DNA from: Granulicella sp.
Lineage (GTDB): Bacteria; Acidobacteriota; Terriglobia; Terriglobales; Acidobacteriaceae
Reading direction: 5' to 3'
Assembly (NCBI GenBank): GCA_027339965.1
Contig: DAHWNL010000076.1
Span: 15,012 to 79,011 of the forward strand
Length of the DNA stretch: 64,000 nucleotides
Made by a program: the position numbers and the translations under genes. This document shows positions 49,065-58,554 of this stretch, piece by piece. Each line of letters begins with the position of its first letter. Position 1 is the stretch's first letter. The notes beneath the pieces are model-generated. The model was given only the letters and a program-made list of their open reading frames with translations, was not told the DNA's origin and searched no databases.

Positions 49065-49305
49065 GAATCTCCGTCTGCGCTGCTGCGATTGTGGCTTCTC
49101 CAGTATTTCATTCCGACGGAGCGAGTGGCATCGCAGCCAACGGATCTTGGGTGTAGGGAATGCCGCTGATACTCCTAACCCAAGGGGGATGGTTTCCACG
49201 CGGCGAGACGCTCCTTAATTTGGCAGGAAAGATGGAAAAGGAGCCTGCAAAGGGGGACTGCTTTAGGATCGTAGGATGAGCGGAATCGATTCGAAAGGGC
49301 ACAGC

Positions 49306-50442
49306 ATGAAGCGAGTCGGAGGCGAGGAGACCAGGCAGGCGGGGTCCTTGTCTGTGGACTCGTGGCTGGTCGCCGCAGGACGGGATCGCCAGGCTGGAGC
49401 GCCTCTCAACGTGCCGATGATGCCCGCGTCGAACTTTGTTCTGGGCACGCGCAGGGTCTACGCGCGCAACGAAGGTGTGCCTGGCTGGGAGGCGCTGGAG
49501 GAGGTCCTGGGGGGGCTGGAGGGGGGCGAGGCGGTCTCGTTTGCCTCTGGGATGGCAGCGATCGCAGCCATCTTCGATCAAATCCCGGCGAATGCGTTGG
49601 TGGCCCTCCCCGCGGACTGTTATCAGGGCGTCCTGTCGCTTGCGGAGGCTGGCCGAAGCCGCCGCGGATGGCGGATCGAGCGGATCGCCGTCACCGATAC
49701 GATTGGCTGGGTGAGGGCGTGCGACGTTGCCGATCTGATCTGGCTGGAGTCGCCCTCCAACCCGCTGCTGGAGGTTGCGGATCTGGATACGATCTGCGCC
49801 GCGCCACGCAAAGCGGGTGCGATTCTGGGGGTCGACAACACCTTCGCGACGCCTCTGAACCAGCGTCCGCTGGAGCTGGGAGCGGATGTGTCGGTCCATT
49901 CAGCGACAAAGTTCATCGGCGGCCACTCCGACCTGCTCTGCGGCGTAGTGATCGCGCGGGATGCGTCGCTCTGCGCAGATTTGCGCCGGACGCGGGTACT
50001 GGCCGGCGCGACTCCGGGAGCGCTGGAGGCGTTTCTGGCCACGCGAGGCGTTCGCACCTTGGCGTTGCGCCTGGAACGGGCGCAGCGGAGCGCGGAAGAG
50101 CTGGCCGAACGCCTGGATCGGCATGCAGGGGTGAGTTGTGTGCGCTATCCCGGGCTCAGGAGCCATCCCACCCATGCGGCGGCCAGGCGTCAGCTCAAGG
50201 GATATGGCACGGTCATCTCCTTTGACGTGAAGGGAGTGGCCACCGATGCGGATGGGGTCTGCAGGCGCTTGAAGCTGATTCAACATGCGACCAGTCTGGG
50301 AGCGGTCGAGTCCACCATCGAGCGCCGCGCCCTCCATCATGGACAGGAGCATCTGCCAGAGACGTTGCTTCGGCTCAGCGTCGGCATCGAGGCGGTCGAA
50401 GATCTTTGGATGGACCTGGAGCAGGCGCTGCGCGCAGGGTGA
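49306..50442 (+). CDS. PLP-dependent trans-sulfuration enzyme (cystathionine gamma-synthase/lyase family)
   Basis: FASGMAA, ESPSNP, VDNTFATP, PLP-lysine motif SATKFIGGHSD and LRLSVGIE. Confidence 0.9.
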   Translation: MKRVGGEETRQAGSLSVDSWLVAAGRDRQAGAPLNVPMMPASNFVLGTRRVYARNEGVPGWEALEEVLGGLEGGEAVSFASGMAAIAAIFDQIPANALVALPADCYQGVLSLAEAGRSRRGWRIERIAVTDTIGWVRACDVADLIWLESPSNPLLEVADLDTICAAPRKAGAILGVDNTFATPLNQRPLELGADVSVHSATKFIGGHSDLLCGVVIARDASLCADLRRTRVLAGATPGALEAFLATRGVRTLALRLERAQRSAEELAERLDRHAGVSCVRYPGLRSHPTHAAARRQLKGYGTVISFDVKGVATDADGVCRRLKLIQHATSLGAVESTIERRALHHGQEHLPETLLRLSVGIEAVEDLWMDLEQALRAG

Positions 50443-50617
50443 TGGCATCATTCCCCAAACCCTGGAGCTCCCGGTGGGCCGGTTCTCTTCTTGGCTCCTT
50501 CGCGAGGCTGGAGGAGAGCGCTATGGCTGGAGAGAAGCTACAGCTTCGACTGCCCGATGATCAGGGAAATACCCGCTTGTCCGGGTACTGGTGGGGGAGT
50601 ACCGCTGAACCTCACAG

Positions 50618-50735
50618 CTATAGCATTTTCAGTGTTGCTGGGTGCACCGGACGGGGCGTGCAGTGGCGTTTTCATTGGGGAAAACGCCCATAGAGGTCGA
50701 GGCGTCGCGTTACACCTGCACTGAAAGCGCCTTAG
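50618..50735 (+). repeat. Copy of the ~117-bp palindromic (MITE/RIME-like) element
   Basis: CTATAGCATTTTCAGTG...CACTGAAAGCGCCTTAG with a perfect 9-bp inner stem GGCGTTTTC/GAAAACGCC; its end contains the smpB TAA. Confidence 0.9.
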
Positions 50736-51274
50736 CGGCGCTGAGCGCGGGCTATGGCGGCTTTTGCCTCCCGGTCGGCTTCGCGGTTCCGCTCGGTCTC
50801 GCGCTTATCCCAGTCCTGCTTGCCCTTGGCCAGGGCCAGTTCGCATTTGACGCGGCCATCTCGGAAATAAAACTTCACCGGGATCAGCGTGTAGCCCTTC
50901 TGCTTCGTCAAACCTTCGAGCTTGGCGATCTCACGTTTGTGCAGGAGGAGTTTTCGGGTACGGAGCGACTCGTGGTTCATCGCATTGCCGTGAGAGAACG
51001 GGCCAATGTGGGCGTTGAGCAGGAAGCATTCGCCGTCCTTGAGCAGGCCGTAAGCGTCTTTGAGGTTGGCTTTGCCTTCTCGGATGGATTTCACCTCAGT
51101 GCCGCGCAAGGCAATGCCGCACTCGAAGCGGTCAGCGAGGAAGTAATGAAAGCTCGCGGAGCGGTTAAAGGCCGCATCCCGCAGGCCGGCGGCTACGGGG
51201 TCGCGTTCTTTCACTTTGGCGGCCGGCTTGGCGGTTGTGGAAGGGATGGTCGGATTGGAGAGCGAACGGGGCAT
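50732..51274 (-). CDS. smpB: SsrA-binding protein SmpB
   Basis: GIALRGTEVKSIR, RKLLLHKREI and GKQDWDKRE. Confidence 0.97.
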   Translation of the reverse strand: MPRSLSNPTIPSTTAKPAAKVKERDPVAAGLRDAAFNRSASFHYFLADRFECGIALRGTEVKSIREGKANLKDAYGLLKDGECFLLNAHIGPFSHGNAMNHESLRTRKLLLHKREIAKLEGLTKQKGYTLIPVKFYFRDGRVKCELALAKGKQDWDKRETERNREADREAKAAIARAQRR

Positions 51275-51790
51275 AGGCGAGGTTTTTCTTGACGGCCTGG
51301 ATCGCGGTCCAGGGACAGCCTTGTACGGACGGTTCATGACCAAACCCGATGGAAACCGTCCAAAAACCTGATGCTAGCAGATCGAGCGAGGCACAGGCAG
51401 GCCGTCGGACTCCCGTTTGTAGTTCATTGATTTCGTAACCCTTTTCAGGGGACGCCCTGCCCAGAGCAGGGGTCTGTGCAAGCGCAATGGCGGAGAATCG
51501 GATGAAAGGGCGGAGGCAGGTGGAGAGACTGGTGGCGCGCGGGCGATTGGCTGTATCATCAAACCAGCCCGACAGACCACTCGAGACCACTTTCATGGAC
51601 GCGCCGCCGGCCCCCGACGAGAGGGGGTGGAGTCGGCTCTGGGATCGGCTCTGGGAGCAGGTTCAGGTCCGGAGCCCGAAGCGTCTTGATGAATCGGATG
51701 GCAGGGGAGTGGATGGCAGGTCTTCACAAGTTTGCGCGGCAGAAGTGGCCTGATGAAGCCAGGAGGCTTGCCGACAGGAGGCTCGCGGAG

Positions 51791-54334
51791 ATGAGCGTCA
51801 GTTGCCGTGGCGGCGGGCCGGCGCAGTCTGTCGCTGTGGGGTGCAGCCTCCAGCGCGGGGGACGCAGTGTCTGGCGAAGGTTGGGGGGCTTCCTACGTCA
51901 TGGATCGCAGTGGAATCGGCGCTCTTTGACCGGCAAGGTGGGGCTGATGTTCGGAGTGTTGTTGCTGGGCTTGGCGGCCGCGGGGACGGCGCAGGCGCAG
52001 TCCGCAGCCAGGTGGGACAAGCGCGGCAAGCAGGCGGAGGCCCGCGAGGATTACGATGCCGCATTTGAAGATTACCGGCAGGCGCATTTGAAGAAGCCCC
52101 GGGATCTTCGCTACAAGACCGATTACGAGTTGATGAGGTTCAAGGATGCCAGTACGCACGTTGACCGGGGACGGGTGCTGGCGAACTCCGGCGATGTGGA
52201 TGGAGCGATGAATGAGTTCGCCCGCGCGCTGCAGATCGATCCGGGCAATCAGGCTGCTGAGCAGGAACTGGGAATTCTGGAGAAGCGCTCGCAGGCCAAA
52301 GCCGGGCAGGCAACGCAAACGGGAGCCGGCGTAGCGTCGGCAGGAAGTACGCTTGTGCCGGCGATGGGCGAAGAGACGCCCTACCAGCAACAGATGCATG
52401 ATGAGATCTCGTCGCTGGCCGGACCGGTGACGCTGCAGCCCGTCTCGGATGATCCGATCACGCTGCACATGGTGGAGGACACCAAGGTCGTCTATGAAGC
52501 CATTTGCAAGGCTGCGGGCTTGAACGTGATCTTCGACCCGGAGTATGTCTCCAAGCGAATCCCGGTGGATCTTACGAATGTTTCGCTCCCGGACGCGCTG
52601 CACATCGTCGAGGTGCTGAGCAATACGTTCTGGAAGCCGGTGACCAGCAACACGATTTATGTGGCGCAGAATACGCGTGCGAAGAGGACCGAGGATGACG
52701 ATCTCGCGGTGCAGACCTTTTATCTCACCAACGTATCGCAGCAGAATGACGCCAACGAGATCATGGTGGCGATCCGCAACCTGCTGGATCCCGGCCTGAA
52801 GATCTACCTGGTCGCCAGCCAGAATGCTTTGGTGATCCGCGGAACTCCGGACGAGTTGATTCTGGCCGAGAAGATCATCAATGACTTGGACCGGACCAAG
52901 CCGGAGGTGGTGGTGGATGTGGCGGAGCTGGAGGTCACCCGGCAGTTGGAACGTGACATCGGCATTACGCTGCCGACCAGTTTCGGGTTGACGCCGCAGT
53001 ACAGCAATGCGAATGAGGTCCAGAATTCGGCGGTTACCACAGCCAATACCACCACCACGACTTCAGGTTTCACGCTAAATACGCTGGGCAATCTGAACGC
53101 AACCAATTTTGCCGTGACGTTGGGCGGTGGAACGGTGAATGCGCTGTTGTCCGACAACGATACCCGGATTCTGGAGAATCCGCGCGTGCGCTGTACCGAT
53201 GGACAGCATGCGACGGTGAAGATCGGGTCAAAGATTCCGGTGGCCACCGGATCGTACTCCGCCGGAACAGCGATCACCACGGCTTCCCTGGGCGTGGAGA
53301 CGCAGTTCACCTACCTGGACGTGGGCGTGAATATTGATATGACGCCTACGGTCCACTATGACGGCGAGATCTCCTTGAAGTTGAAGGTGGAAGTGTCGGC
53401 GCAGAATGGTTCGGTAACGATCGAGGGAGTCACGGAGCCGATCATCTCACAGCGCGTCTCCGACCAGGTGATCCAGCTCAAGGACGGCGAGCCGGCGCTC
53501 TTGGCCGGGCTGATGCAGGTGCAGGACACCAAGAATGTGAATGGCACGCCGGGGTTGGGAGAGCTTCCGATTCTGCGTTACTTCTTTGCCAGCACTGACA
53601 AGACGCAGGAGACCGACGACATCGTCTTCCTGATCATTCCGCATATCGTGCGGGAGTCGCTGCTGACCGACGAAAATACGCGGGCGATTTACACCGGCAC
53701 GAGCCAGGGCGTCGAGTTAATGCGCAAAGGGCCGGGAGAGACGGGCGAGGAGCCGATGCTGATGAGCTCGGCTGGAGCCCCAGCGGCGAACTCCCTGCCG
53801 AACACCTCAGCGGCGGAGGCGGCGGACGCGATCATCGGCAAGCTGGCCTCCGACGCCAAGGGGGCGACGCCGGGATCCATTGCGTCGATGCACATGGAGG
53901 CGAACGGGACGCTGTCCAGCGCGCCCATGACCTTGAGCGTGACGCCGGCGAGCGAAAATGAAGCGGTGGGGTCCACGTTTACAGTATCGGTGGTTGCCTC
54001 CAATGCGCACGATCTGGCGGCGGTGCCGCTGCAGATGCAGTTCGATCCGCATGTGCTGACGCTGGTGAATGTCGACTCGGGACCATTCCTGGGCAAGGGC
54101 GGGCTGGATGTGGCGCTGGTGCATCGCGATGAAGGTAACGGAGCCGTAACGATCTCGGCGATGCGGCCGCCTAAGGTCAACGGCGTGGATGGGCAGGGAA
54201 CAGTCTGCACCCTTACATTCAAGGCGCTGGCGCCGGGCAAGTCCAATCTGGCGCTGACCCGGATTGGAGCGCGGGACAGCCAGCAGAATCGAATTCCCGC
54301 GGTTGGCGTTCAGGGGGTAGTGAGCGTCCAATAG
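51791..54334 (+). CDS. Secretin (GspD-like) with N-terminal TPRs and C-terminal cohesin-like domain
   Basis: TPR segment (ALQIDPGN), N3-like domain, secretin motifs IGSKIP, YLDVGV, PGLGELPIL and LIIPHIVR, and a C-terminal beta-sandwich (QFDPHVL...CTLTFKA). AGGAGG precedes ATG 51791; start uncertain. Confidence 0.85.
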   Translation: MSVSCRGGGPAQSVAVGCSLQRGGRSVWRRLGGFLRHGSQWNRRSLTGKVGLMFGVLLLGLAAAGTAQAQSAARWDKRGKQAEAREDYDAAFEDYRQAHLKKPRDLRYKTDYELMRFKDASTHVDRGRVLANSGDVDGAMNEFARALQIDPGNQAAEQELGILEKRSQAKAGQATQTGAGVASAGSTLVPAMGEETPYQQQMHDEISSLAGPVTLQPVSDDPITLHMVEDTKVVYEAICKAAGLNVIFDPEYVSKRIPVDLTNVSLPDALHIVEVLSNTFWKPVTSNTIYVAQNTRAKRTEDDDLAVQTFYLTNVSQQNDANEIMVAIRNLLDPGLKIYLVASQNALVIRGTPDELILAEKIINDLDRTKPEVVVDVAELEVTRQLERDIGITLPTSFGLTPQYSNANEVQNSAVTTANTTTTTSGFTLNTLGNLNATNFAVTLGGGTVNALLSDNDTRILENPRVRCTDGQHATVKIGSKIPVATGSYSAGTAITTASLGVETQFTYLDVGVNIDMTPTVHYDGEISLKLKVEVSAQNGSVTIEGVTEPIISQRVSDQVIQLKDGEPALLAGLMQVQDTKNVNGTPGLGELPILRYFFASTDKTQETDDIVFLIIPHIVRESLLTDENTRAIYTGTSQGVELMRKGPGETGEEPMLMSSAGAPAANSLPNTSAAEAADAIIGKLASDAKGATPGSIASMHMEANGTLSSAPMTLSVTPASENEAVGSTFTVSVVASNAHDLAAVPLQMQFDPHVLTLVNVDSGPFLGKGGLDVALVHRDEGNGAVTISAMRPPKVNGVDGQGTVCTLTFKALAPGKSNLALTRIGARDSQQNRIPAVGVQGVVSVQ

Positions 54335-54370
54335 GAAGAAAGAGAGGCGGCGAACGGGAAGGAGGGGAAG

Positions 54371-54964
54371 ATGTCGGCGAAGAGGACAGGATGTTTCGCA
54401 GGATGGAGCGGTCTGCGAACCAGACACTCAAAACTTGGCCAAACGCGCAAGTCTGGTCCCGTTGTTTTCCCGGAGCGGCAGACGGTCTGCAGGAGGAGAG
54501 GCCTGGGGCTGATGTCATGGAGCAGCGAGTCGGGCGTGACCCTGACCGAGCTGATCATCGTCATCGCGATTCTTTCGATTCTTGGGTCGGCGGCGGTTCC
54601 GGCTGTGGAGTTTGAGGTGAAGCGGCGCAAGGAGCAGGAGTTGCGCGCGGATCTCTGGGAGATGCGCCGGGCGATCGACATGTCCAAGGATGTCGCGGAT
54701 ATGGGCGGTATCCAGACCAAGGCAGACTCCAACAACTACCCGCCGGACCTGCAGACGCTGGTGGATGGGGTCACGGTGAAGGATCACAAGATGCGTTTTT
54801 TGCGCTCCATTCCAGTGGACCCCATGACCGGAAACACGGATTGGGGATTGCGGTCCAACCAGGATGCGCCGGATTCCACCACCTTCGGCGGGCAGGATGT
54901 GTACGACGTGTACAGCAAGAGCACGGGGACGGCGCTGGATGGTACGAAGTACAACACCTGGTAG
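54371..54964 (+). CDS. Type II secretion pseudopilin (GspG-like)
   Basis: Prepilin motif G|VTLTELIIVIAI, YPPDLQTLV and IPVDPMTG; alternative start at 54512. Confidence 0.85.
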   Translation: MSAKRTGCFAGWSGLRTRHSKLGQTRKSGPVVFPERQTVCRRRGLGLMSWSSESGVTLTELIIVIAILSILGSAAVPAVEFEVKRRKEQELRADLWEMRRAIDMSKDVADMGGIQTKADSNNYPPDLQTLVDGVTVKDHKMRFLRSIPVDPMTGNTDWGLRSNQDAPDSTTFGGQDVYDVYSKSTGTALDGTKYNTW

Positions 54965-54997
54965 GTCAAGCAAGGGCGGGTTGCAGGGCGGTAGCGT

Positions 54998-55462
54998 ATG
55001 GCGGAGATCAAACAGAGGACGAGGCAGACGATTCGGCAAGGGGCCAGTCGGGCTCGCTTCTGGAAGAAAACAGAGGTCTCTTCTCAGGGCTTCACCCTCA
55101 TTGAACTGATCATTGTGATGGCAATCATTGCCATCTTGGTATCGATTGCGGTGCCGATCTACGCCAATATGGTGCGTAGGGCCAAGGAAGCCGTGCTGCG
55201 CGAAGACCTGCACACGATGCGGACGGCGATCGATAGCTACACGGTGGACAAGGAGCAGGCGCCGCAGTCGCTCGATGATCTGGTGCAGGCCGGATACCTG
55301 AAGTCAATTCCAGTGGATCCGATGACGGACAGCAGTGACACGTGGGTCACCAGCGAATCCGACACGATGACGGATATCAATGAGACCCAGGGTGGAATGG
55401 ACGATGTACACTCGGGATCTGAAGATCTTGCCAGCGACGGCACCAGCTACAACACCTGGTGA
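54998..55462 (+). CDS. Type II secretion pseudopilin (GspG-like)
   Basis: Prepilin motif G|FTLIELIIVMAI and LVQAGYLKSIPVDPMT. Confidence 0.9.
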   Translation: MAEIKQRTRQTIRQGASRARFWKKTEVSSQGFTLIELIIVMAIIAILVSIAVPIYANMVRRAKEAVLREDLHTMRTAIDSYTVDKEQAPQSLDDLVQAGYLKSIPVDPMTDSSDTWVTSESDTMTDINETQGGMDDVHSGSEDLASDGTSYNTW

Positions 55463-55579
55463 AAGGCGCCGTGGCCGCAGGGGCGCCGCAGCGGGCGGAG
55501 GAGGCGGTTCGCGGTGAAGGCGCAAGCGGCGTGGCTGCATGGCGCGGCGCTCGGGAAGGGCCTGCCCGTTGGAGATCCC

Positions 55580-56680
55580 ATGCGGATGGCTCTGGTGCTG
55601 GCGTTGGGGAGGGTGTTGAAGATGCGCCCCGCGCCGTGGAGCACACTCGCTGCAGGACTCGTGGCCGGATCGATCGCCTTCGCCCAGCAGAGTACGTCTC
55701 CCGCGGCGGCGCCGGTTCAGACGGGAGTTTCGGCTGCTGCGCAGAAGTCTACGCCTGTGCCGGGGGCAATCTTTGCACCCGACCCCCTGCCTGGCAAGGA
55801 CTTCAATTCCCACATCAAGAGGGGCTCCGAGCAGGATGTGACGGCGGTGGGTAAGCGCAGGATCGGGGTGCGTGGGATCAAGAACTGGTACTCGACTAAC
55901 TGGGAGATTCAGATAGGGAGGCGGTACGCCACGGAGATCGATGCGACCGCACCCATGGTGACCGACCCCATGGTGGTAGGGTATGTGAACCGGATCGGGC
56001 AGACGCTGGTGCGGAACTCGGATGCCAGGATCCCATTCACGATCAAGGTGCTGAACTCCGAGGCAATCAATGCAATGGCACTGCCGGGCGGGTACCTGTA
56101 TGTGGACTCGGGATTGATTCTGGCTTGCGACTCCGAGGATGAACTTGCCGGAGTGATGGCGCATGAGATCGCCCATGTCACGGCCCACCATGCCGCGCGC
56201 GAGATGACCAAGATGGACTACATGGCCGTGGGTTCCATCCCCATGATGCTCTTGGGGCAGGGATTGTGGGCGGGATACGGGGTTTACCAGGGAACGCAGT
56301 TAGCGATGCCGGTAGGCCTGCTGGAGTTCTCGCGCCGGCACGAGGCTGAGGCTGACTACCTCGGGGTGCAGTATATGTATCAAGCCGGGTACGATCCACA
56401 AGGGATGGTGGCAATTTTTGAAAAGTTTGACGCGCTGGAGAAACAGCGGAAGAGCGCGATCCCGCTGGCGTTCCGCACCCATCCGGCGACTGCGGAGAGG
56501 ATTCGGGCGGTGCAGCGGGAGATGGCAACCATCCTGCCGCCGCGGCCTAAGTACCTGGTGACCACTGCGGAGTTTGAGCAGGTAAAGGCGTGGCTGCAAC
56601 GCGTCCAGAGCATACGAAGCGCCAAAGATCGAGCAGCGGCTTCGGGGGTTCATGCAGCGGTGGGCCGAAACAACCCGTGA
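55580..56680 (+). CDS. M48-family zinc metallopeptidase (BepA/YfgC-like catalytic domain)
   Basis: INAMALPGG, HEIAH, FSRRHEAEAD, GYDP and THP. Confidence 0.9.
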   Translation: MRMALVLALGRVLKMRPAPWSTLAAGLVAGSIAFAQQSTSPAAAPVQTGVSAAAQKSTPVPGAIFAPDPLPGKDFNSHIKRGSEQDVTAVGKRRIGVRGIKNWYSTNWEIQIGRRYATEIDATAPMVTDPMVVGYVNRIGQTLVRNSDARIPFTIKVLNSEAINAMALPGGYLYVDSGLILACDSEDELAGVMAHEIAHVTAHHAAREMTKMDYMAVGSIPMMLLGQGLWAGYGVYQGTQLAMPVGLLEFSRRHEAEADYLGVQYMYQAGYDPQGMVAIFEKFDALEKQRKSAIPLAFRTHPATAERIRAVQREMATILPPRPKYLVTTAEFEQVKAWLQRVQSIRSAKDRAAASGVHAAVGRNNP

Positions 56681-56857
56681 TGCTCAACCCGGATTGCCGA
56701 GCAGATGCTGACTCACGCTGGGCAACTGCCGGATAGGGCCGCTGTGGAGCACCCTCCGGGTGGCGCGTTCCCTGGCCACGGCGATGGCCGGCTTTGACGG
56801 GGCGAAGGCTGGAGCCAAGTGACAGAGCGCACGCGGGGCAGGCTCTACACTAGAGGG

Positions 56858-57259
56858 ATGGCAGAGCATACGACAGGCTATACGGAAGACCACGCGAAGG
56901 CGGGGCTGGCGACCAGGTTCCCTGAGATCGAAACCTGGCAGAACCAGTTTCGCTCCTATGAGATTCTGATCGACGATCCGGAGTTTACCAGCGTCTGTCC
57001 CAAGACCGGGCTGCCGGACTTCGGCGTCCTGACCATCCGTTATATGCCTCGAGAGCGGTGTCTGGAGCTGAAGAGCTTGAAAGAGTATCTGTTTACCTAC
57101 CGGAACCTGGGCATCTTTCAGGAAAACATTGTGAACCAGGTGCTGGACGATGTGGTGAAGGCTACCGATCCGGTGTGGGCGGAGGTGAAGGGAGACTTCC
57201 GGCCGCGCGGAGGAATCTCCACGGTGGTGACAGCCCGCTATCCACGGACGGAAGGCTGA
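56858..57259 (+). CDS. queF: NADPH-dependent 7-cyano-7-deazaguanine (preQ0) reductase, type I
   Basis: EFTSVCPKTGLPDFG, QueF motif ELKSLKEY and RGGI. Confidence 0.95.
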   Translation: MAEHTTGYTEDHAKAGLATRFPEIETWQNQFRSYEILIDDPEFTSVCPKTGLPDFGVLTIRYMPRERCLELKSLKEYLFTYRNLGIFQENIVNQVLDDVVKATDPVWAEVKGDFRPRGGISTVVTARYPRTEG

Positions 57260-57274
57260 TATTCTCGGCAGATC

Positions 57275-58552
57275 ATGACCAGCGGCTCGATGACGGCGGT
57301 AAAACCTGAGCAGCGTGCGGTCCGGGGAGCCGCGCTGGCGCTCTGTCTGCTGACGGCGATGAACTTCGTCAACTATCTGGACCGATACATTCTTCCCGCG
57401 GTGCAGGAGCAGATCAAGCGCCAGTTCCATCTCTCGGACAATCAGATTGGCTCGCTGACGCTGTGGTTCTTTGTAGCCTATGTTCTGGCTTCTCCCCTGA
57501 CGGGCTGGCTGGGCGACAGATTTCCGCGCAAGCCCATGATCGTGCTGGCGGCGCTGATGATTGCGGCAATGAACTTTCTTACCGCGCGCGGGCATAGCTA
57601 TCAGGATCTGAATCTTCGCCATGCTGCTTTGGGCATTGGCGAGGCCAGCTTTGGCATCTTTGCTCCGGCGTTGCTGGCGGACTACTTTGCCGATGATCAG
57701 CGCAACCTGGTGCTGACGGTGTTCAATGTTGCGATTCCAGCAGGAGCGGCGTTGGGGTATCTCTTGGGCGGGGTGGTCGCGGCGCGGCAGGGGTGGCGGA
57801 TGGCGTTTACCCTCTCTGCGGCGCCGGGTGCGGTGATCGCCCTGTTGATTCTTTTTCTGATGCGGGAGCCGGAGCCTTTGCAAGGGGCCGGTGGGAGGGT
57901 AAGGATCCGTTCCAGCGTCGATCGTGCTTCCGTAAGCTCGTTGCTGACCAATCGAGCGTATCTCAGCTCGATTCTGGGCTATGCCGCTGTGACATTCTCC
58001 CTGGGTGGAATCTCGTGGTGGATGCCATCGTTCTTGAATCGGGTGGAAGGAAGGTCGCTGGCCGCTGCGGGAACCATGATGGGCGGCATCACGGTGGTGT
58101 GCGGGTTGGGCGGAACGCTGATGGGGGGAATGCTGGCGCAATGGTGGTCCCGGAGGACGTCCAGAGCGCTGTATCTGGTGCCGGCGCTCAGCGCCCTGCT
58201 GGCCGTGCCGCCGGGAGTGGTGTGCTTCTTCGGGCCACGCAGCCTGACGCTGGCGGCGTTGAGTGCGGCGGTGTTTCTAGTATTTTTGGGCACAGGACCT
58301 GTGAATGCCGCCACTCTGAACGCGGTGCCCGCGCATCTGCGAGCAACGGCGATGGCCGGGCAGTTGTTTGCCCTGCACGTCTTTGGCGATGCGTTCTCCC
58401 CCAAGATCATTGGTATGGTCAGTGACCACTCCAATCTTCGGCTCGGCTTGGGGCTGACCCTGGTGACGTTTGTGCTGGCGGCGATGATCTTCTTGGCCGG
58501 GGCCAGATACGCGCCTCCGTTGGCTCATTCGCTAGAGGGAACCGCCGGGTAG
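57275..58552 (+). CDS. MFS transporter (spinster-like)
   Basis: NYLDR, GWLGDRFPRK, GIGEA and ADYF; about 12 transmembrane segments. Confidence 0.9.
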   Translation: MTSGSMTAVKPEQRAVRGAALALCLLTAMNFVNYLDRYILPAVQEQIKRQFHLSDNQIGSLTLWFFVAYVLASPLTGWLGDRFPRKPMIVLAALMIAAMNFLTARGHSYQDLNLRHAALGIGEASFGIFAPALLADYFADDQRNLVLTVFNVAIPAGAALGYLLGGVVAARQGWRMAFTLSAAPGAVIALLILFLMREPEPLQGAGGRVRIRSSVDRASVSSLLTNRAYLSSILGYAAVTFSLGGISWWMPSFLNRVEGRSLAAAGTMMGGITVVCGLGGTLMGGMLAQWWSRRTSRALYLVPALSALLAVPPGVVCFFGPRSLTLAALSAAVFLVFLGTGPVNAATLNAVPAHLRATAMAGQLFALHVFGDAFSPKIIGMVSDHSNLRLGLGLTLVTFVLAAMIFLAGARYAPPLAHSLEGTAG

Positions 58553-58554
58553 AC

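Noticed and set aside
51275..51790. tmRNA (ssrA) or other ncRNA next to smpB
   Set aside because: No tRNA-Ala-like ends or tag reading frame are recognisable; there is only a short CGGCTCTGGGA duplication.
56684..56857. preQ1 riboswitch upstream of queF
   Set aside because: No preQ1 stem-loop with an A-rich tail is visible; the region instead looks like a leaderless promoter.
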